From the NCBI GenBank assembly GCA_016788425.1, contig JAEURQ010000003.1, forward strand, positions 29,282-93,281: a DNA stretch of 64,000 nt. The letters run 5' to 3'. The notes under the pieces were generated by a model. It had not been told where the DNA came from and searched no databases. It saw nothing but the letters and a program-made list of their open reading frames with translations. The stretch's first letter is position 1. Every line of letters begins with the position of its first letter. The translations under genes were made by a program, and so were the position numbers. Shown one piece after another: positions 9,004 through 19,255 of this stretch. The stretch is from Chthonomonas sp. Lineage in GTDB: Bacteria; Armatimonadota; Fimbriimonadia; Fimbriimonadales; Fimbriimonadaceae.

Positions 9004-12000
9004 TCTGCCTTTGGCTTCCCAATTAGGCGGCCGCTGATCCATCGCGTGACCTTGCCGATGCCCTCGCTCAGGTCGTCGAGAATCGTGTACGAACACGGAA
9101 TCACGAGAAGCGTGAGGATGGTCGAGAGCGTGATCCCGCCGATGATGGTGATGCCCAGCGTTTCGCGGAACTCACTGCCGCGACCCACGGCCAGGGCGAC
9201 CGGCAGCATACCGAGCACGACGGCCATCGAGGTCATCATGATCGGGCGCAGACGAGTCGGGCCTGCTTCCACCAACGCATCATGGCGGTTTTTGCCCCGC
9301 TCACGTAGCGTGTTGGTGTAGTCAACCAGCAGAATCGCGTTCTTACCGACCAAGCCCACGAGCGTGATAATCCCGATGAATGACACGATGTTCATCGCCT
9401 TATCGGTGAGCACCAGCGCGAGCAACGCCCCGACCAACGCTTGCGGCTGAGCCAGCTGAATGATGAGCGGGTACAGCAGGTTGTTGTACAAACTCGCCAG
9501 CAGCAGGTACACCAGCAGGAAGCCGATCCCGAGCGCGCCGAGCAGATAGCCCATTTCTCGAGACTGAGCGTCGGCTTGACCCAGATTTTGCTGGCGGATG
9601 CTTGCCGGAACAAGGTTCTCCTTCTTCAGCCAGGCGTCAATTTCGCTCTGGACGGAACCGGCGGCGAAGCCCGGCAACAGGTTTGTTTCGACCCGGATTT
9701 CCTCGGCCCGGTTGCGGCGCTCGATCTTGTCGGGCGCACGACCCCGCGTCAAGGTCGTCACGTCGGAGACAAACACCGGCGTGCCCCGCACAAAACGAAC
9801 AGGCGCCTGCGCGATGATCTCCGGGTTATTGCGGTCTTCGGGTGACATCTGGACGCGGATTTTGTACTCCTTGCCCAGCACACGGAAGCGCGCGTTGTCA
9901 TCGCCCTCGTACAAGGTTCTCATCGAACTTGCTACTTCCGCCGGAGTGACGCCGAAGTCCGCCATGCGGGTGCGGTCCGGAATCGCGCGAATTTCGGGCT
10001 TGCCAGCGCGACCACTCGTTTGCGGGCTAATGACGCCCTTGATAGCGCCCGCGGCCAGACCTTCGCGAATCTTGTCGGTCACGCGCGTAAGCTCGGCCCG
10101 ATCATCGCCGCTGAACGACATCTGGATCGGCGCGCCGAACCCGAACCCGCTCACGGTGCTGTAGCGAACGGTCGCGCCGGGAATCTTGCCCGTCGCTTCC
10201 ATCAAGTCGGCGGAAACCGAAACGTCCGTTTTCGTTCGAAGCCTTTCCTTATGCTTCACCCAGAACATCACGCTGTCGAGCAAGGCGCGCTTTTCGAACA
10301 GCGTGGCTTGCACGGCGCCAAGGTTGGTGCCGACTGAACCCGCTTCAAAAGCCCCGCCACCGCGCGTTCCCACGCGACCGATCGTGTACTTCACGTCGGG
10401 GTGCTTCATCACCACTTGCTCAACCTGAGCGACGACCTTTTCGGTCTCGGCCAGGCTTGCGCCAGGCGGCAACTCAATCGAGGCGGTCACCTGACCGGCG
10501 TCCGAGGTCGGAGCGAATTCGAAGTTGAAAATATTCCCCTTCTTGTAATCCTTGGCGTACCAGTTCCCCGCTAGCGCCATGAAAATGAGGAAGACCGAGA
10601 AACCGGCGATGCCAATGAGGTTGTTCCAAACCGGTCGCCGCAGGCGAATCAAGTTGATGATGAACGCCACCACGCCAATTTGGACGATCATCATCATTGG
10701 TCCTTGCGTCACCGCGGCAATCGCCGCCTTCTTGTCGGGCGCAAACCCGCCGCCAATGAACATAAACAGCCCGATGAGGACCACAAAGCCCGAGATGAAC
10801 ACGAACCAGCGATGCTGCAGCGACCACTCCAGGGCGCGGCGATAGACGTTTTCGAACTTCGTGAACGTGCGCTCAAAAGCTTGGGCAAAGCGACCCTTCG
10901 GGTGCTCCACGTCCTCGCCCTTGCGATACCAGCGCGAGGCGAGCATCGGCGTGACGGTGAACGACACGAACAGCGACAGCAGAACCGCGACCACGAAGCC
11001 GATGCCGAGCGGTCGGAAGAACTGCCCGACGATGCCACCCATGGTGGCCACAGGAATGAAGACGACGACGTCGGCAAAGGTGATGGCGAGCGCGGCCAGA
11101 CCGATTTCGGCCCGACCATTGATCGCCGCTTCCACCGGCTCTTCGCCCATCTTAAGGTGGCGATAGATGTTTTCCAGAACGACGATCGCGTCATCCACCA
11201 GAACGCCAATGGCGAGCGAAAGCGCCAGCAGCGACATGTTGTTGAGCGTGAACCCAAACAGCTGCATCACCGGGAACGTCGCCATCAGACAGATCGGGAT
11301 GGCGAGCGCGACGATGAGCGTTCCGCGCCAGTCGTGGAGGAACAGATACACGATCATCGTGACCAGCAAGATGCCGATCACGAGCGTGAGTTGAAGGTCG
11401 AACAGCGATTCGCTGATGCGCGTCGCCACGTTTTGGGTGACCACAAACTCAACCGGAAACGCGTTCTGCAACTGCTCGGTCAGTGCCAGCGCGCCCTTGG
11501 CAATCTCAATCGCGTTGCCTTCCTTGATCTTTTGAATCGTGATGACGACCGAGTCGTTGCCATCGAGTCGGCTCCAACCGCGGCGCTCTTCGACCGTGTC
11601 TTTGACCTCCGCAAGATCGCCGAGACGCACGACTTGCCCTTCGCCGGTTTGCGAACTCGGGTCGTTCACCTTCAAGCGCATGTCGCGGATTTCATCCACG
11701 GTGGCAAACTCGCCCTGCATGCGCACGGTGAGTTCTTGGCCGTTGTTCTCCACCCGACCACTCGGAATGTTGAGCGTCGCCGAACGAATAGCGTTGGTGA
11801 CCTCGGTAATGCCCACCTTGTAAGCGAGCAAGGCGTCCTTACGCAGGAGAATCTGAATCTCGCGCACGTCGCCACCGCTGACCGTGGCCGCGGCTACGCC
11901 CGGAATCTGTCCAAAGCGGTCCTTAATCTTGTCGTCAATGAGGTCACGCAGTTCTTGCGTGCTGAGCGTCTTCGACTTCACCCCCAAGGTAAGCACGGCG

Positions 12001-12410
12001 CTTGATCCCGCATCCACCTTGCTAACGGTCGGTCGCAGCGCGGCTTCCGGCAGGTTGGGAATGACCGTATCCACCTTCGCCCGCACGTCGTTGAGCGCGG
12101 CATCCATGTCGGTGCCGATGTTAAAGTTAAGCGTAACGAGGCTGATGCCTTCCTGAGCGAGCGCGGTGACTTGGTACACCCCGTTGACGCCGGAAATCGC
12201 TTCTTCCACCGGACGCGAAATGAGCGTGTTCAGCTCTTCCGGACCGGCCCCCGGGTAAGCGGTGCTCACCGTCACGACGCCAAAAGAAACTTCCGGATTT
12301 TCTTCCACCCGCATGCTGGTGACCGACCGATAGCCCATGAAAAAGGCGGCGAACATCAGCATGAAGATGAACACCGGTCGGGTAATCGCGACCTTGGTGA
12401 TGTTGTTCAT
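9000..12410 (-). CDS. RND efflux transporter, inner-membrane subunit (AcrB/HAE1-like), 1136 aa
   Basis: Typical RND N-terminus (ITRPVFIFML...), the VLVDDAIVVLENI motif and a duplicated 6-TM/periplasmic-loop architecture. It lies in an operon with MFP and TolC genes. Confidence 0.95.
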   Translation of the reverse strand: MNNITKVAITRPVFIFMLMFAAFFMGYRSVTSMRVEENPEVSFGVVTVSTAYPGAGPEELNTLISRPVEEAISGVNGVYQVTALAQEGISLVTLNFNIGTDMDAALNDVRAKVDTVIPNLPEAALRPTVSKVDAGSSAVLTLGVKSKTLSTQELRDLIDDKIKDRFGQIPGVAAATVSGGDVREIQILLRKDALLAYKVGITEVTNAIRSATLNIPSGRVENNGQELTVRMQGEFATVDEIRDMRLKVNDPSSQTGEGQVVRLGDLAEVKDTVEERRGWSRLDGNDSVVITIQKIKEGNAIEIAKGALALTEQLQNAFPVEFVVTQNVATRISESLFDLQLTLVIGILLVTMIVYLFLHDWRGTLIVALAIPICLMATFPVMQLFGFTLNNMSLLALSLAIGVLVDDAIVVLENIYRHLKMGEEPVEAAINGRAEIGLAALAITFADVVVFIPVATMGGIVGQFFRPLGIGFVVAVLLSLFVSFTVTPMLASRWYRKGEDVEHPKGRFAQAFERTFTKFENVYRRALEWSLQHRWFVFISGFVVLIGLFMFIGGGFAPDKKAAIAAVTQGPMMMIVQIGVVAFIINLIRLRRPVWNNLIGIAGFSVFLIFMALAGNWYAKDYKKGNIFNFEFAPTSDAGQVTASIELPPGASLAETEKVVAQVEQVVMKHPDVKYTIGRVGTRGGGAFEAGSVGTNLGAVQATLFEKRALLDSVMFWVKHKERLRTKTDVSVSADLMEATGKIPGATVRYSTVSGFGFGAPIQMSFSGDDRAELTRVTDKIREGLAAGAIKGVISPQTSGRAGKPEIRAIPDRTRMADFGVTPAEVASSMRTLYEGDDNARFRVLGKEYKIRVQMSPEDRNNPEIIAQAPVRFVRGTPVFVSDVTTLTRGRAPDKIERRNRAEEIRVETNLLPGFAAGSVQSEIDAWLKKENLVPASIRQQNLGQADAQSREMGYLLGALGIGFLLVYLLLASLYNNLLYPLIIQLAQPQALVGALLALVLTDKAMNIVSFIGIITLVGLVGKNAILLVDYTNTLRERGKNRHDALVEAGPTRLRPIMMTSMAVVLGMLPVALAVGRGSEFRETLGITIIGGITLSTILTLLVIPCSYTILDDLSEGIGKVTRWISGRLIGKPKAD

Positions 12411-12413
12411 TCT

Positions 12414-13856
12414 TTACTTCTTCGCCTCGGCGAGCCGAACCTTGGCCTTGTCGGCGAGTTCTTCATGCCCCACCACAATCACGTCGGCGGTCTTGTCTAC
12501 GCCCGCGACTTCGATCACATCCTTGGTTTCCAGGCCAGTTGTGACGGTGACTCGCTTGGCGGCGTCGCCCTCCTTGATCATCACGTACTTGCCCTTGCTA
12601 TCGCTGAGCACGACCGTCTTCGGCAGCACCGTTGCGCCACTCACGACGCGCGTTTCGATCTGACCGCGAGCGAACATGCCCGGCTTCACCTCGGGGGTGA
12701 TGGCGAGCAAACCGATGCGAACCTTAAAGATGCGGCCCACGCTGTTGGCGCTGGGGCTAACCGAGCGAACCGTGCCGATGAACGTGCGGCCTGCGAGAGA
12801 GTCCATCCGCACCGTTACCGAGCGTCCGACTTGCACTTCGCCGAGCTTGAGTTCGGGGACGTCACCCTCGAAGAAGCTGCCTCCTCCGCCGACCATCTTG
12901 GCAAACACGGTGCCCGGCCCGAGGTAGGTGCCCACCGGTACCGGCGAGCCCTGAATCTGGCCGCTAAACGGCGCTTTGATCATGGTGCTCGCAAGGTCCA
13001 CCTGGCCGAGGTTGACCGATTCCTGCGCGCTTTCCACGGCGGCGCGGGCGGCATCGACTCGCATTTGAAGCTGCGGGTCAAGCTGTTTGGCGGCTTGCGC
13101 TTGGCGAAGACCTTCTTCAGCCGCACGAACCTGTTGTTCCGCAATCGCGATGTCCTCGGGCCGAGCGCCGGTTTGCTGCATTCGCTGCATTTCGAGCACT
13201 TGCTCGTAGCCGCTCAGCGCCTGCGCATACGCCGTTTCGTACTGCTCGACCTCTTGCTTGCTCACCGCGCCTTCTTTGTACAGATTGCGGAATCGCTCCA
13301 GCGTCTTCTTGGCGTTCTCCATCGCGGTGCGCGCCGCATCTACTTGCGCTTGCACCTGACGGCGTTGCTCACTTCGATCACCGGCGCGGACTCGTCGCAG
13401 CGAAGCCTTCGCTTGGTCGAGTTGCGCTTGCGCCGCGCGAACGCTCGCGGTGGAGCGATTCGGGCTGACGCGGGCATCGGTCAGTGCCTGGGCCAGCTGC
13501 GCCTGTGCGGAGCGGAGTCCGGCCAAAGCCTGGCGGTAGCGCACCGTGGATTGGTTGGTGTCCTGCCGAGCAATCACTTGCCCGGCTCGGACGAAATCAC
13601 CATCCTTGACGTAGCTCGCGACGATTCGGCCCGGCACCTCGGCGGCGATCATGGCTTCTTCGCTGGTGACGATTTGGCCGGTGACCTCGAAGGTTTCGGC
13701 GAGATCGCGCACGGTGGGCTTGGCCACTTGGACCGGCACCACGACATCCTGCGCAAACTTCTGCACGCGTTCGGACTGCTTTTGCGCATCGCGATTGACG
13801 CACCCGCCCATCAGGGCAAGCGCGATTAACGGAGTAATGAGATGAGAGGATTTCAC
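12414..13856 (-). CDS. RND efflux periplasmic adaptor (membrane fusion protein, HlyD family)
   Basis: Lipoprotein-like N-terminus (ALALMGGC), a long coiled-coil hairpin and a beta-barrel C-terminal part. Its GTG start overlaps the TolC stop. Confidence 0.9.
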   Translation of the reverse strand: MKSSHLITPLIALALMGGCVNRDAQKQSERVQKFAQDVVVPVQVAKPTVRDLAETFEVTGQIVTSEEAMIAAEVPGRIVASYVKDGDFVRAGQVIARQDTNQSTVRYRQALAGLRSAQAQLAQALTDARVSPNRSTASVRAAQAQLDQAKASLRRVRAGDRSEQRRQVQAQVDAARTAMENAKKTLERFRNLYKEGAVSKQEVEQYETAYAQALSGYEQVLEMQRMQQTGARPEDIAIAEQQVRAAEEGLRQAQAAKQLDPQLQMRVDAARAAVESAQESVNLGQVDLASTMIKAPFSGQIQGSPVPVGTYLGPGTVFAKMVGGGGSFFEGDVPELKLGEVQVGRSVTVRMDSLAGRTFIGTVRSVSPSANSVGRIFKVRIGLLAITPEVKPGMFARGQIETRVVSGATVLPKTVVLSDSKGKYVMIKEGDAAKRVTVTTGLETKDVIEVAGVDKTADVIVVGHEELADKAKVRLAEAKK

Positions 13857-15145
13857 GGTGTGGTCAGGGTTTTCTTGGCCGGGGATCCGGTGCGGATCGT
13901 GTACTCGTCGTTGCCGACCGCCTTTTGCAGGGCGGCGACGGCTACCAAATAGTCGTAGTTGGCTTGCGCCAGTCGGGCGCGGGCCGCGGTGAGGCTATCT
14001 TGCGCGGCGATGACATCCAGCAGGATGCCGAGATCGTTGGCGAATCTCACCTCGGCGAGGCGATACGCCTCGCGGGCGACCGTCAAGCCTTCTTCGGTGA
14101 TCGCGACCTGTGCGCTTGCGTTCTTGAGATTCTGCAGCGCGACGTGGACCTCCAGGCTCACACCTTCGCGGAGTTGCAGCAGTTGAATCCGGAGCGATTC
14201 GGTGTCGCGGCGAGCCGCGGCGACTCGCGCCTTGGTCACCCCGCCATCAAAGATCGGGTAGCTCACGCTCACGCCGAGCGTCGTTTGCGAGGCCGGGCTG
14301 AAGGAGTTCGGATTGAGGTTGCGCGACTGTTGCAGTTGCACGCCCATGGATGGTTTCAGGCTGTTGCCGGCCACCTTCTCCTGGACTTCGAGGAGGCTCA
14401 CCCGATTCTTCAGGGAGCGGATTTCAGCCCGTTCGCGATCGGCTGCCATCTTGAGTTCGGGTTCGCTGGTGTTGACCTCGGCGATTTCTTGCACGGGCTG
14501 GAGCGTCCATTGCTGCTCAAGCGGCTCGCGCATGGCATTGTTCAACGCGGCGAGCGCCAGATTGCGGCTGAGCTGGGCTTGATCGTATTGCAGGCGCGCT
14601 TGTTGCAGGTCGCTCTCCAAACGCGTGAGGTCGAACTTGCTGAGCACGCCCTGGGTGTTCTTGAGGCGGGCGTCATTCGCGCGCTTTTCGGCGGCGCGCA
14701 GAGTGGACTCGCGAATCTGCAGCACCCAATCGGTCTGGATCAACCGGAAGTACGCCACCTTGATGTCGTAGCGAGTTGTGTTGCGCGTGGCTTCGACGTT
14801 CTCGCGTTGCGCGGCGAGCGCGTATTCCGCCGATCGAACGGCGAGTCGCACCAAACCGCTGATGTCAATCCCGATGCTTGCCGTGGCCGTAAGCGAGTTG
14901 CTCCAGTCCGGCGTAAAGGCGTTGCTGCCATCGAGCACCCGGCGACTACTTCCGCCGAGCGTCAGCGAAGGTCCGCTGGAAGCCTTGGCCGCACGGAGGT
15001 TGTCGCGATTCTTCACCGCTTCGTTCTGCGCAATCTGGATCGCGAGGCTCCTTTTTTCGCCGCGAGCGACGGCATCTTCCAGTGTAAGAATCGGCGCTTG
15101 AACTTGCACTAATGCGGCAAGCACGGCACTCAGCGCAAACGTCAT
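13853..15145 (-). CDS. TolC-family outer membrane efflux protein
   Basis: Signal peptide, two-fold repeat of helix/strand segments, and operon context with MFP and RND. Confidence 0.85.
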   Translation of the reverse strand: MTFALSAVLAALVQVQAPILTLEDAVARGEKRSLAIQIAQNEAVKNRDNLRAAKASSGPSLTLGGSSRRVLDGSNAFTPDWSNSLTATASIGIDISGLVRLAVRSAEYALAAQRENVEATRNTTRYDIKVAYFRLIQTDWVLQIRESTLRAAEKRANDARLKNTQGVLSKFDLTRLESDLQQARLQYDQAQLSRNLALAALNNAMREPLEQQWTLQPVQEIAEVNTSEPELKMAADRERAEIRSLKNRVSLLEVQEKVAGNSLKPSMGVQLQQSRNLNPNSFSPASQTTLGVSVSYPIFDGGVTKARVAAARRDTESLRIQLLQLREGVSLEVHVALQNLKNASAQVAITEEGLTVAREAYRLAEVRFANDLGILLDVIAAQDSLTAARARLAQANYDYLVAVAALQKAVGNDEYTIRTGSPAKKTLTTP

Positions 15146-15402
15146 TCCGCATCCTCCACGGCCTTCGCTTGTTCAACTTGAGCGCGGAATTCATCCATAA
15201 ATCGGTGCATGTGCTCGATCTTGGTGATCACCACCGCGTCCCACGCGATGTGCCGCATCACCAGGAGCTTGTCGCCGGGCTTAAAGTCGAGCTGCTCGCG
15301 CGCCTCGGCGGGAATGACGACTTGGCCCCTTTCGCCGACGGTCACGGCGCCGTAAAAGCAGTCGTTGATGTTAGGCGGGCGCGATGACCCGGAATCAGAC
15401 AT
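15142..15402 (-). CDS. AbrB/MazE/SpoVT-family DNA-binding protein (first gene of efflux operon)
   Basis: VTVGERGQVVIPAEAREQLDFKPGDKLLV is the swapped-hairpin AbrB-type motif. There is a 4-nt overlap with the tolC-like gene. Confidence 0.8.
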   Translation of the reverse strand: MSDSGSSRPPNINDCFYGAVTVGERGQVVIPAEAREQLDFKPGDKLLVMRHIAWDAVVITKIEHMHRFMDEFRAQVEQAKAVEDAE

Positions 15403-15450
15403 GTCTCCATTTTACACAAAGTATGAAAAGTATGCAACGCCCAACATTAG

Positions 15451-15487
15451 GAAAAAATAAACCCCGCCGCAAAATACGACGGGGTTC
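15451..15487 (-). terminator. Rho-independent terminator after the Cys-rich small gene
   Basis: On the minus strand: AACCCCG-N13-CGGGGTT followed by TATTTTTTCC. Confidence 0.7.
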
Positions 15488-15508
15488 GGCGGGCGGTGCC
15501 CGCGACGA

Positions 15509-15841
15509 TTACATTCGAACCTTGCTCGTGACCACTTGAACGGCGCTGACGTCCAGGTACTTGGCCATCAGATCGGTGCGACCCTTGTCGGCCGAACCAG
15601 CGCAACCGAAGAAGAAGTACTTGCCACCGGCGAAGACCTTGAACTTGGCGCTTTCGCCCTTGGCGTTGCAGCAACCCTTGGCCATCTTTGCGACGGGCTT
15701 GGCCTTGGTCGAGGTGCAGCAGGCTTCTTGCTTGGCGGCCTTGGCCACCTTGCCTTCACCGGCGCAACAAGCGCCGCCTTGCTGACCGGCGATCGCGAGG
15801 CCGGCGGTTACGATTGAAACGAGTGCAATGAGAGTTTTCAT
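15509..15841 (-). CDS. Small exported Cys-rich, Lys/Ala-rich protein with three CC doublets, possibly metal-binding
   Basis: Signal peptide MKTLIALVSIVTAGLAIAG. CC doublets sit at residues 25-26, 41-42 and 57-58. The tail GGKYFFFGCAGSADKGRTDLMAKYL loosely resembles YHS/TRASH-type domains. An AGGA Shine-Dalgarno sits 7 nt upstream, and the gene starts 20 nt after the metK stop. Confidence 0.6.
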   Translation of the reverse strand: MKTLIALVSIVTAGLAIAGQQGGACCAGEGKVAKAAKQEACCTSTKAKPVAKMAKGCCNAKGESAKFKVFAGGKYFFFGCAGSADKGRTDLMAKYLDVSAVQVVTSKVRM

Positions 15842-15861
15842 GACGTTGTCCTAAATGATCC

Positions 15862-17025
15862 TTAGTTGAGTGAGGTTCCCACTAAATTAAACGCCGAGCG
15901 CAGGTCGGCGGCCGAAGTCGTTTGTTCCCAGCTGAACGCATCGTTGCCAAAGTGGCCGTTCTTGGCGGTCGGCAGATACTTCTGCGACTTGAGCGCCAGC
16001 TCCTTGGCGATACCCGCGGGAGACATATCGAAGCGATCGCGAACGACCTTCTCAATGGTTTCCGGGTCCACCTTTTCGCTGCCGAAGCAGTCGATGTTGA
16101 TGCTCACCGGTTGGGCGACGCCGATGGCGTAAGCCAAGGCAATCTGCACCTTGTCGGCGAGGCCCGCCGCGACAATGTTCTTGGCGATGTATCGGCACAT
16201 GTAAGCCGCCGAGCGGTCCACCTTGGTGGGGTCCTTGCCGCTAAACGCGCCGCCGCCGTGCGGGCACATGCCACCGTAGGTATCCACGATGATCTTGCGA
16301 CCGGTCACGCCGGTGTCGCCTTGCGGTCCGCCAATCACGAAGATGCCGGTCGGGTTGATGTGGCGAATGATGTCGCCGTCCACGTAGTTGCTGTACTCGC
16401 GCAGCGTCGGGGCGATGACGTATTCCTCGACGATCTCCTTGACGCCAGCGAGGTCGAGCTTCGGCGAGTGTTGCGTGGAAAGCACGATCGTGTCAATGCG
16501 CTTCGGCAAGCCGTTCTCGTAAATTACGCTGACTTGGCTCTTGGCGTCGGGGCGCAAACCAAGGCTCTTGTGATCCTTGCGAACCGCGGCAATGCGACGC
16601 GTCATCGCGTGGGCAATGCTCACGGGCAGGGGCATCAGTTCCTTGGTTTCGGTGGTCGCGAGACCAAACATCATGCCTTGGTCGCCGGCGCCGCCGGTGT
16701 CCACGCCGACCGCGATGTCCTTCGATTGCTCTTGGATCGCGACCATGACGCCGCACGTGTTGCCATCGAGGCCCAGTTCGGTGTCGGTGTAGCCGACTTC
16801 GTTGATCGTGTCGCGCACCGTTTTCGCGATGTCTACGTAGCCATCCACGGTGACTTCCCCGGCGACCACGGCGAGGCCGCGGGTCAGCAGGGTTTCAATG
16901 GCGACACGAGCGTTCGGATCCTGGGCGAGACACTCGTCAAGTAAGGCGTCAGAAATCTGATCCGCCAGCTTGTCGGGGTGGCCTTCGCTCACAGATTCGG
17001 ACGTGAATACACCAAATTTGCTCAT
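15862..17025 (-). CDS. metK: S-adenosylmethionine synthetase
   Basis: [42 protein letters not shown]. Confidence 0.97.
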   Translation of the reverse strand: MSKFGVFTSESVSEGHPDKLADQISDALLDECLAQDPNARVAIETLLTRGLAVVAGEVTVDGYVDIAKTVRDTINEVGYTDTELGLDGNTCGVMVAIQEQSKDIAVGVDTGGAGDQGMMFGLATTETKELMPLPVSIAHAMTRRIAAVRKDHKSLGLRPDAKSQVSVIYENGLPKRIDTIVLSTQHSPKLDLAGVKEIVEEYVIAPTLREYSNYVDGDIIRHINPTGIFVIGGPQGDTGVTGRKIIVDTYGGMCPHGGGAFSGKDPTKVDRSAAYMCRYIAKNIVAAGLADKVQIALAYAIGVAQPVSINIDCFGSEKVDPETIEKVVRDRFDMSPAGIAKELALKSQKYLPTAKNGHFGNDAFSWEQTTSAADLRSAFNLVGTSLN

Positions 17026-17051
17026 CTTTTCAACTCAAAATTGTACCCGGC

Positions 17052-18170
17052 TTAGTTCAAAAACGACTTGATTGCGTTGACGACGCGCACCTGGTCGGCT
17101 TCGCCCAAGGTCGGCCAAATCGGGAGGCTGATGACCTCGGTCGAAAGCTGGTCGCTCACCGGCAACGGACCGTGCTCGGCGTTGAGATAAACCGGCAATT
17201 TATGCAGGGCAACCGGGTAGTAAATCATCGTGCTGATGCCCTCGGCGTCAAGCGCCTTTTGCAGCTCGTCGCGCTTGCCGCCCATCACGCGGATCGTGTA
17301 CTGGTGGAACACGTGCGTGGCGTAATCGGCGGTTTCCGGCGCGATCACCTGGTCGAAACCTTGGAACAGATCGTAGTAGCGCGCGGCCACTTGGCGACGA
17401 CCTTCGTTCCAGGTGTTGATGTGCCGCAGCTTCACGCGGAGAATCGCCGCTTGCAGCTCGTCGAGTCGCGAGTTCACGCCGACGCGCTCGTTGAAGTACT
17501 TCTTCTTCGCGCCGTGGACGCGCATCATGCGCACGTGGTCGGCCATCTCGTCGTCGTTGGTGGTGTAAAGGCCGCCGTCACCAAACGCGCCCAGATTCTT
17601 GCTCGGGAAGAAGCTGAACGCCCCGGCGTCGCCGATGGTGCCCGTTTGCTGACCGCGGTAAGCCGCGCCGAACGATTGGGCGCAGTCTTCGAGGATCATC
17701 AAGTTGTGCTTCTTCGCGAGGTCCATCAGCGGCTGCATGTCCACCGATTGGCCGTACAGGTGCACCGGCAAAATCGCCTTCGTGCGCTCATTGATGCGCG
17801 ATTCGACTTGGGTGATGTCCAGGTTGTAGGTCACCGGGTCAATGTCCACGAAGATCGGGGTCGCGCGGAAGTGGCTGATCGCCTCGCCCGTGGCGAAGAA
17901 CGTAAACGGCGTCGTGATGACCTCGTCGCCCGGCTTGAGTCCCATGGCCGAACAACCCAAGATCAGCGCGTCGGTACCGCTGTTGAGGCCAAGCGCGTGC
18001 TTGACGCCCAGGAACTCGGCGACTTCTTGCTCGAACGCCTTGACGTTCGGGCCCATGATGAAGTGGGTAGAGTCGAGCACGCCATCAATTGCGGCGCGAA
18101 GCTCCTCGCGAATGGACGCAATTTCGGGCTTGAGGTCAAGAATGGGAATCTTGGTGACGGTAGCGGACAT
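17052..18170 (-). CDS. DegT/DnrJ/EryC1/StrS-family PLP-dependent sugar aminotransferase
   Basis: Family pattern FEQEVAEFLGVKHALGLNSGTDAL..., FSFFPSKNLGAFGDGG (PLP lysine region), and YPVALHKLPVY. Confidence 0.9.
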   Translation of the reverse strand: MSATVTKIPILDLKPEIASIREELRAAIDGVLDSTHFIMGPNVKAFEQEVAEFLGVKHALGLNSGTDALILGCSAMGLKPGDEVITTPFTFFATGEAISHFRATPIFVDIDPVTYNLDITQVESRINERTKAILPVHLYGQSVDMQPLMDLAKKHNLMILEDCAQSFGAAYRGQQTGTIGDAGAFSFFPSKNLGAFGDGGLYTTNDDEMADHVRMMRVHGAKKKYFNERVGVNSRLDELQAAILRVKLRHINTWNEGRRQVAARYYDLFQGFDQVIAPETADYATHVFHQYTIRVMGGKRDELQKALDAEGISTMIYYPVALHKLPVYLNAEHGPLPVSDQLSTEVISLPIWPTLGEADQVRVVNAIKSFLN

Positions 18171-18196
18171 ACCCGCTAGTTTACCGGACCCGCGCC

Positions 18197-19255
18197 TTAC
18201 GGCCGGAACAGATACTTAATTCCGTTGCCGGATTGCAGGTCGGCGAACACCTGCTCGGCGTCGGCGATCTCGCGCTGACCGCTGATGACGGCCTCGATGT
18301 GGAAGTTCGGATCGAGCAACCACTCACGCGCGGTTTGCACGGCCCGCGTCCCAAAGTGGAACGGGCTCAGAATCGTGATTTGCTGATAGTGCAGATGCTG
18401 CGTGTCGAACGCCGCGTGAGTCCCCGCCGGACAGCCGCCGAACAGCATCACTCGCCCGCCGCGACGCGCGTAGTGAATGCTCGACTGCCACACCTCGACG
18501 TTGCCGGTGCACTCGATGACGACGTCGTAGCCGCGCCCGAGCGAGTGCGGCACGTCGCTCACGTGCAAGGGTCGCGCGCCGAGCTGTTCGCCGACGGCGA
18601 GACGCCGCTTATTGCGCCCGGCCAGCGTCACATCGTGAATCCCGAGTTGCCGCAACGCGGCGACAAACATCAGGCCAATCGCGCCGGGGCCAATAATCAA
18701 AACGCGGGTGTAGGGCATCAGCGACCCGAGTTCCAGGATGCCCTGGGCCACACAGGCGAGCGGTTCGAGCAGCGCCGCGCGGGCAAAGCTCACGCTGGCG
18801 GGTTTTTCAAACACGTTGAGTCGGGCGATGTGCGCCGGAATCAGCAGGTATTCGGCGTAACTGCCCAGCACCTTGGTTTCCATGATGCGCTCGCACAGGT
18901 TCTCCTGATTGCTCTCGCACCAAAAACAGGTTTGGCACGGCGCGGAGTGGACACCCATCACATCGGTGCCGATCGCAAACGGCGCGCCTTCGCCCACGGC
19001 AACCACCGTGCCGCTGTACTCGTGGCCAAAAATCCCGGGCATCGGAATCTGGGGATGGCCGCGCAAGTAAGCCTTAAGGTCGGTGCCGCACGTCGTGGCG
19101 GCGCGCACGCGGATGAGGATTTCGCCGGGGCCAGGCAAAGGGACATCAACCTCGCACACCCGCAAAAGGCCGGGCTCTTCCAACACAAGCGCCGACATTT
19201 TCTGACCCACGACGGGCGAGATGGCGGCGGGTTGAGAGGATTCCGGCTGACCCAT
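18197..19255 (-). CDS. Zinc-dependent medium-chain alcohol/polyol dehydrogenase
   Basis: GHEYSGTVVAVGEG, structural zinc cysteines (CQTCFWCESNQENLC), and the Rossmann site IIGPGAIGL. Alternative start ATG 19198 (MSALVLEEPG). Confidence 0.85.
   Translation of the reverse strand: MGQPESSQPAAISPVVGQKMSALVLEEPGLLRVCEVDVPLPGPGEILIRVRAATTCGTDLKAYLRGHPQIPMPGIFGHEYSGTVVAVGEGAPFAIGTDVMGVHSAPCQTCFWCESNQENLCERIMETKVLGSYAEYLLIPAHIARLNVFEKPASVSFARAALLEPLACVAQGILELGSLMPYTRVLIIGPGAIGLMFVAALRQLGIHDVTLAGRNKRRLAVGEQLGARPLHVSDVPHSLGRGYDVVIECTGNVEVWQSSIHYARRGGRVMLFGGCPAGTHAAFDTQHLHYQQITILSPFHFGTRAVQTAREWLLDPNFHIEAVISGQREIADAEQVFADLQSGNGIKYLFRP

Noticed and set aside
10680-13829. Long plus-strand ORFs (10680-12005 and 12171-13829) inside the efflux operon
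   Set aside because: They are antisense to clearly recognisable RND and MFP genes. Their composition is Arg/His/Asp-rich with no motifs, so they are shadow ORFs.
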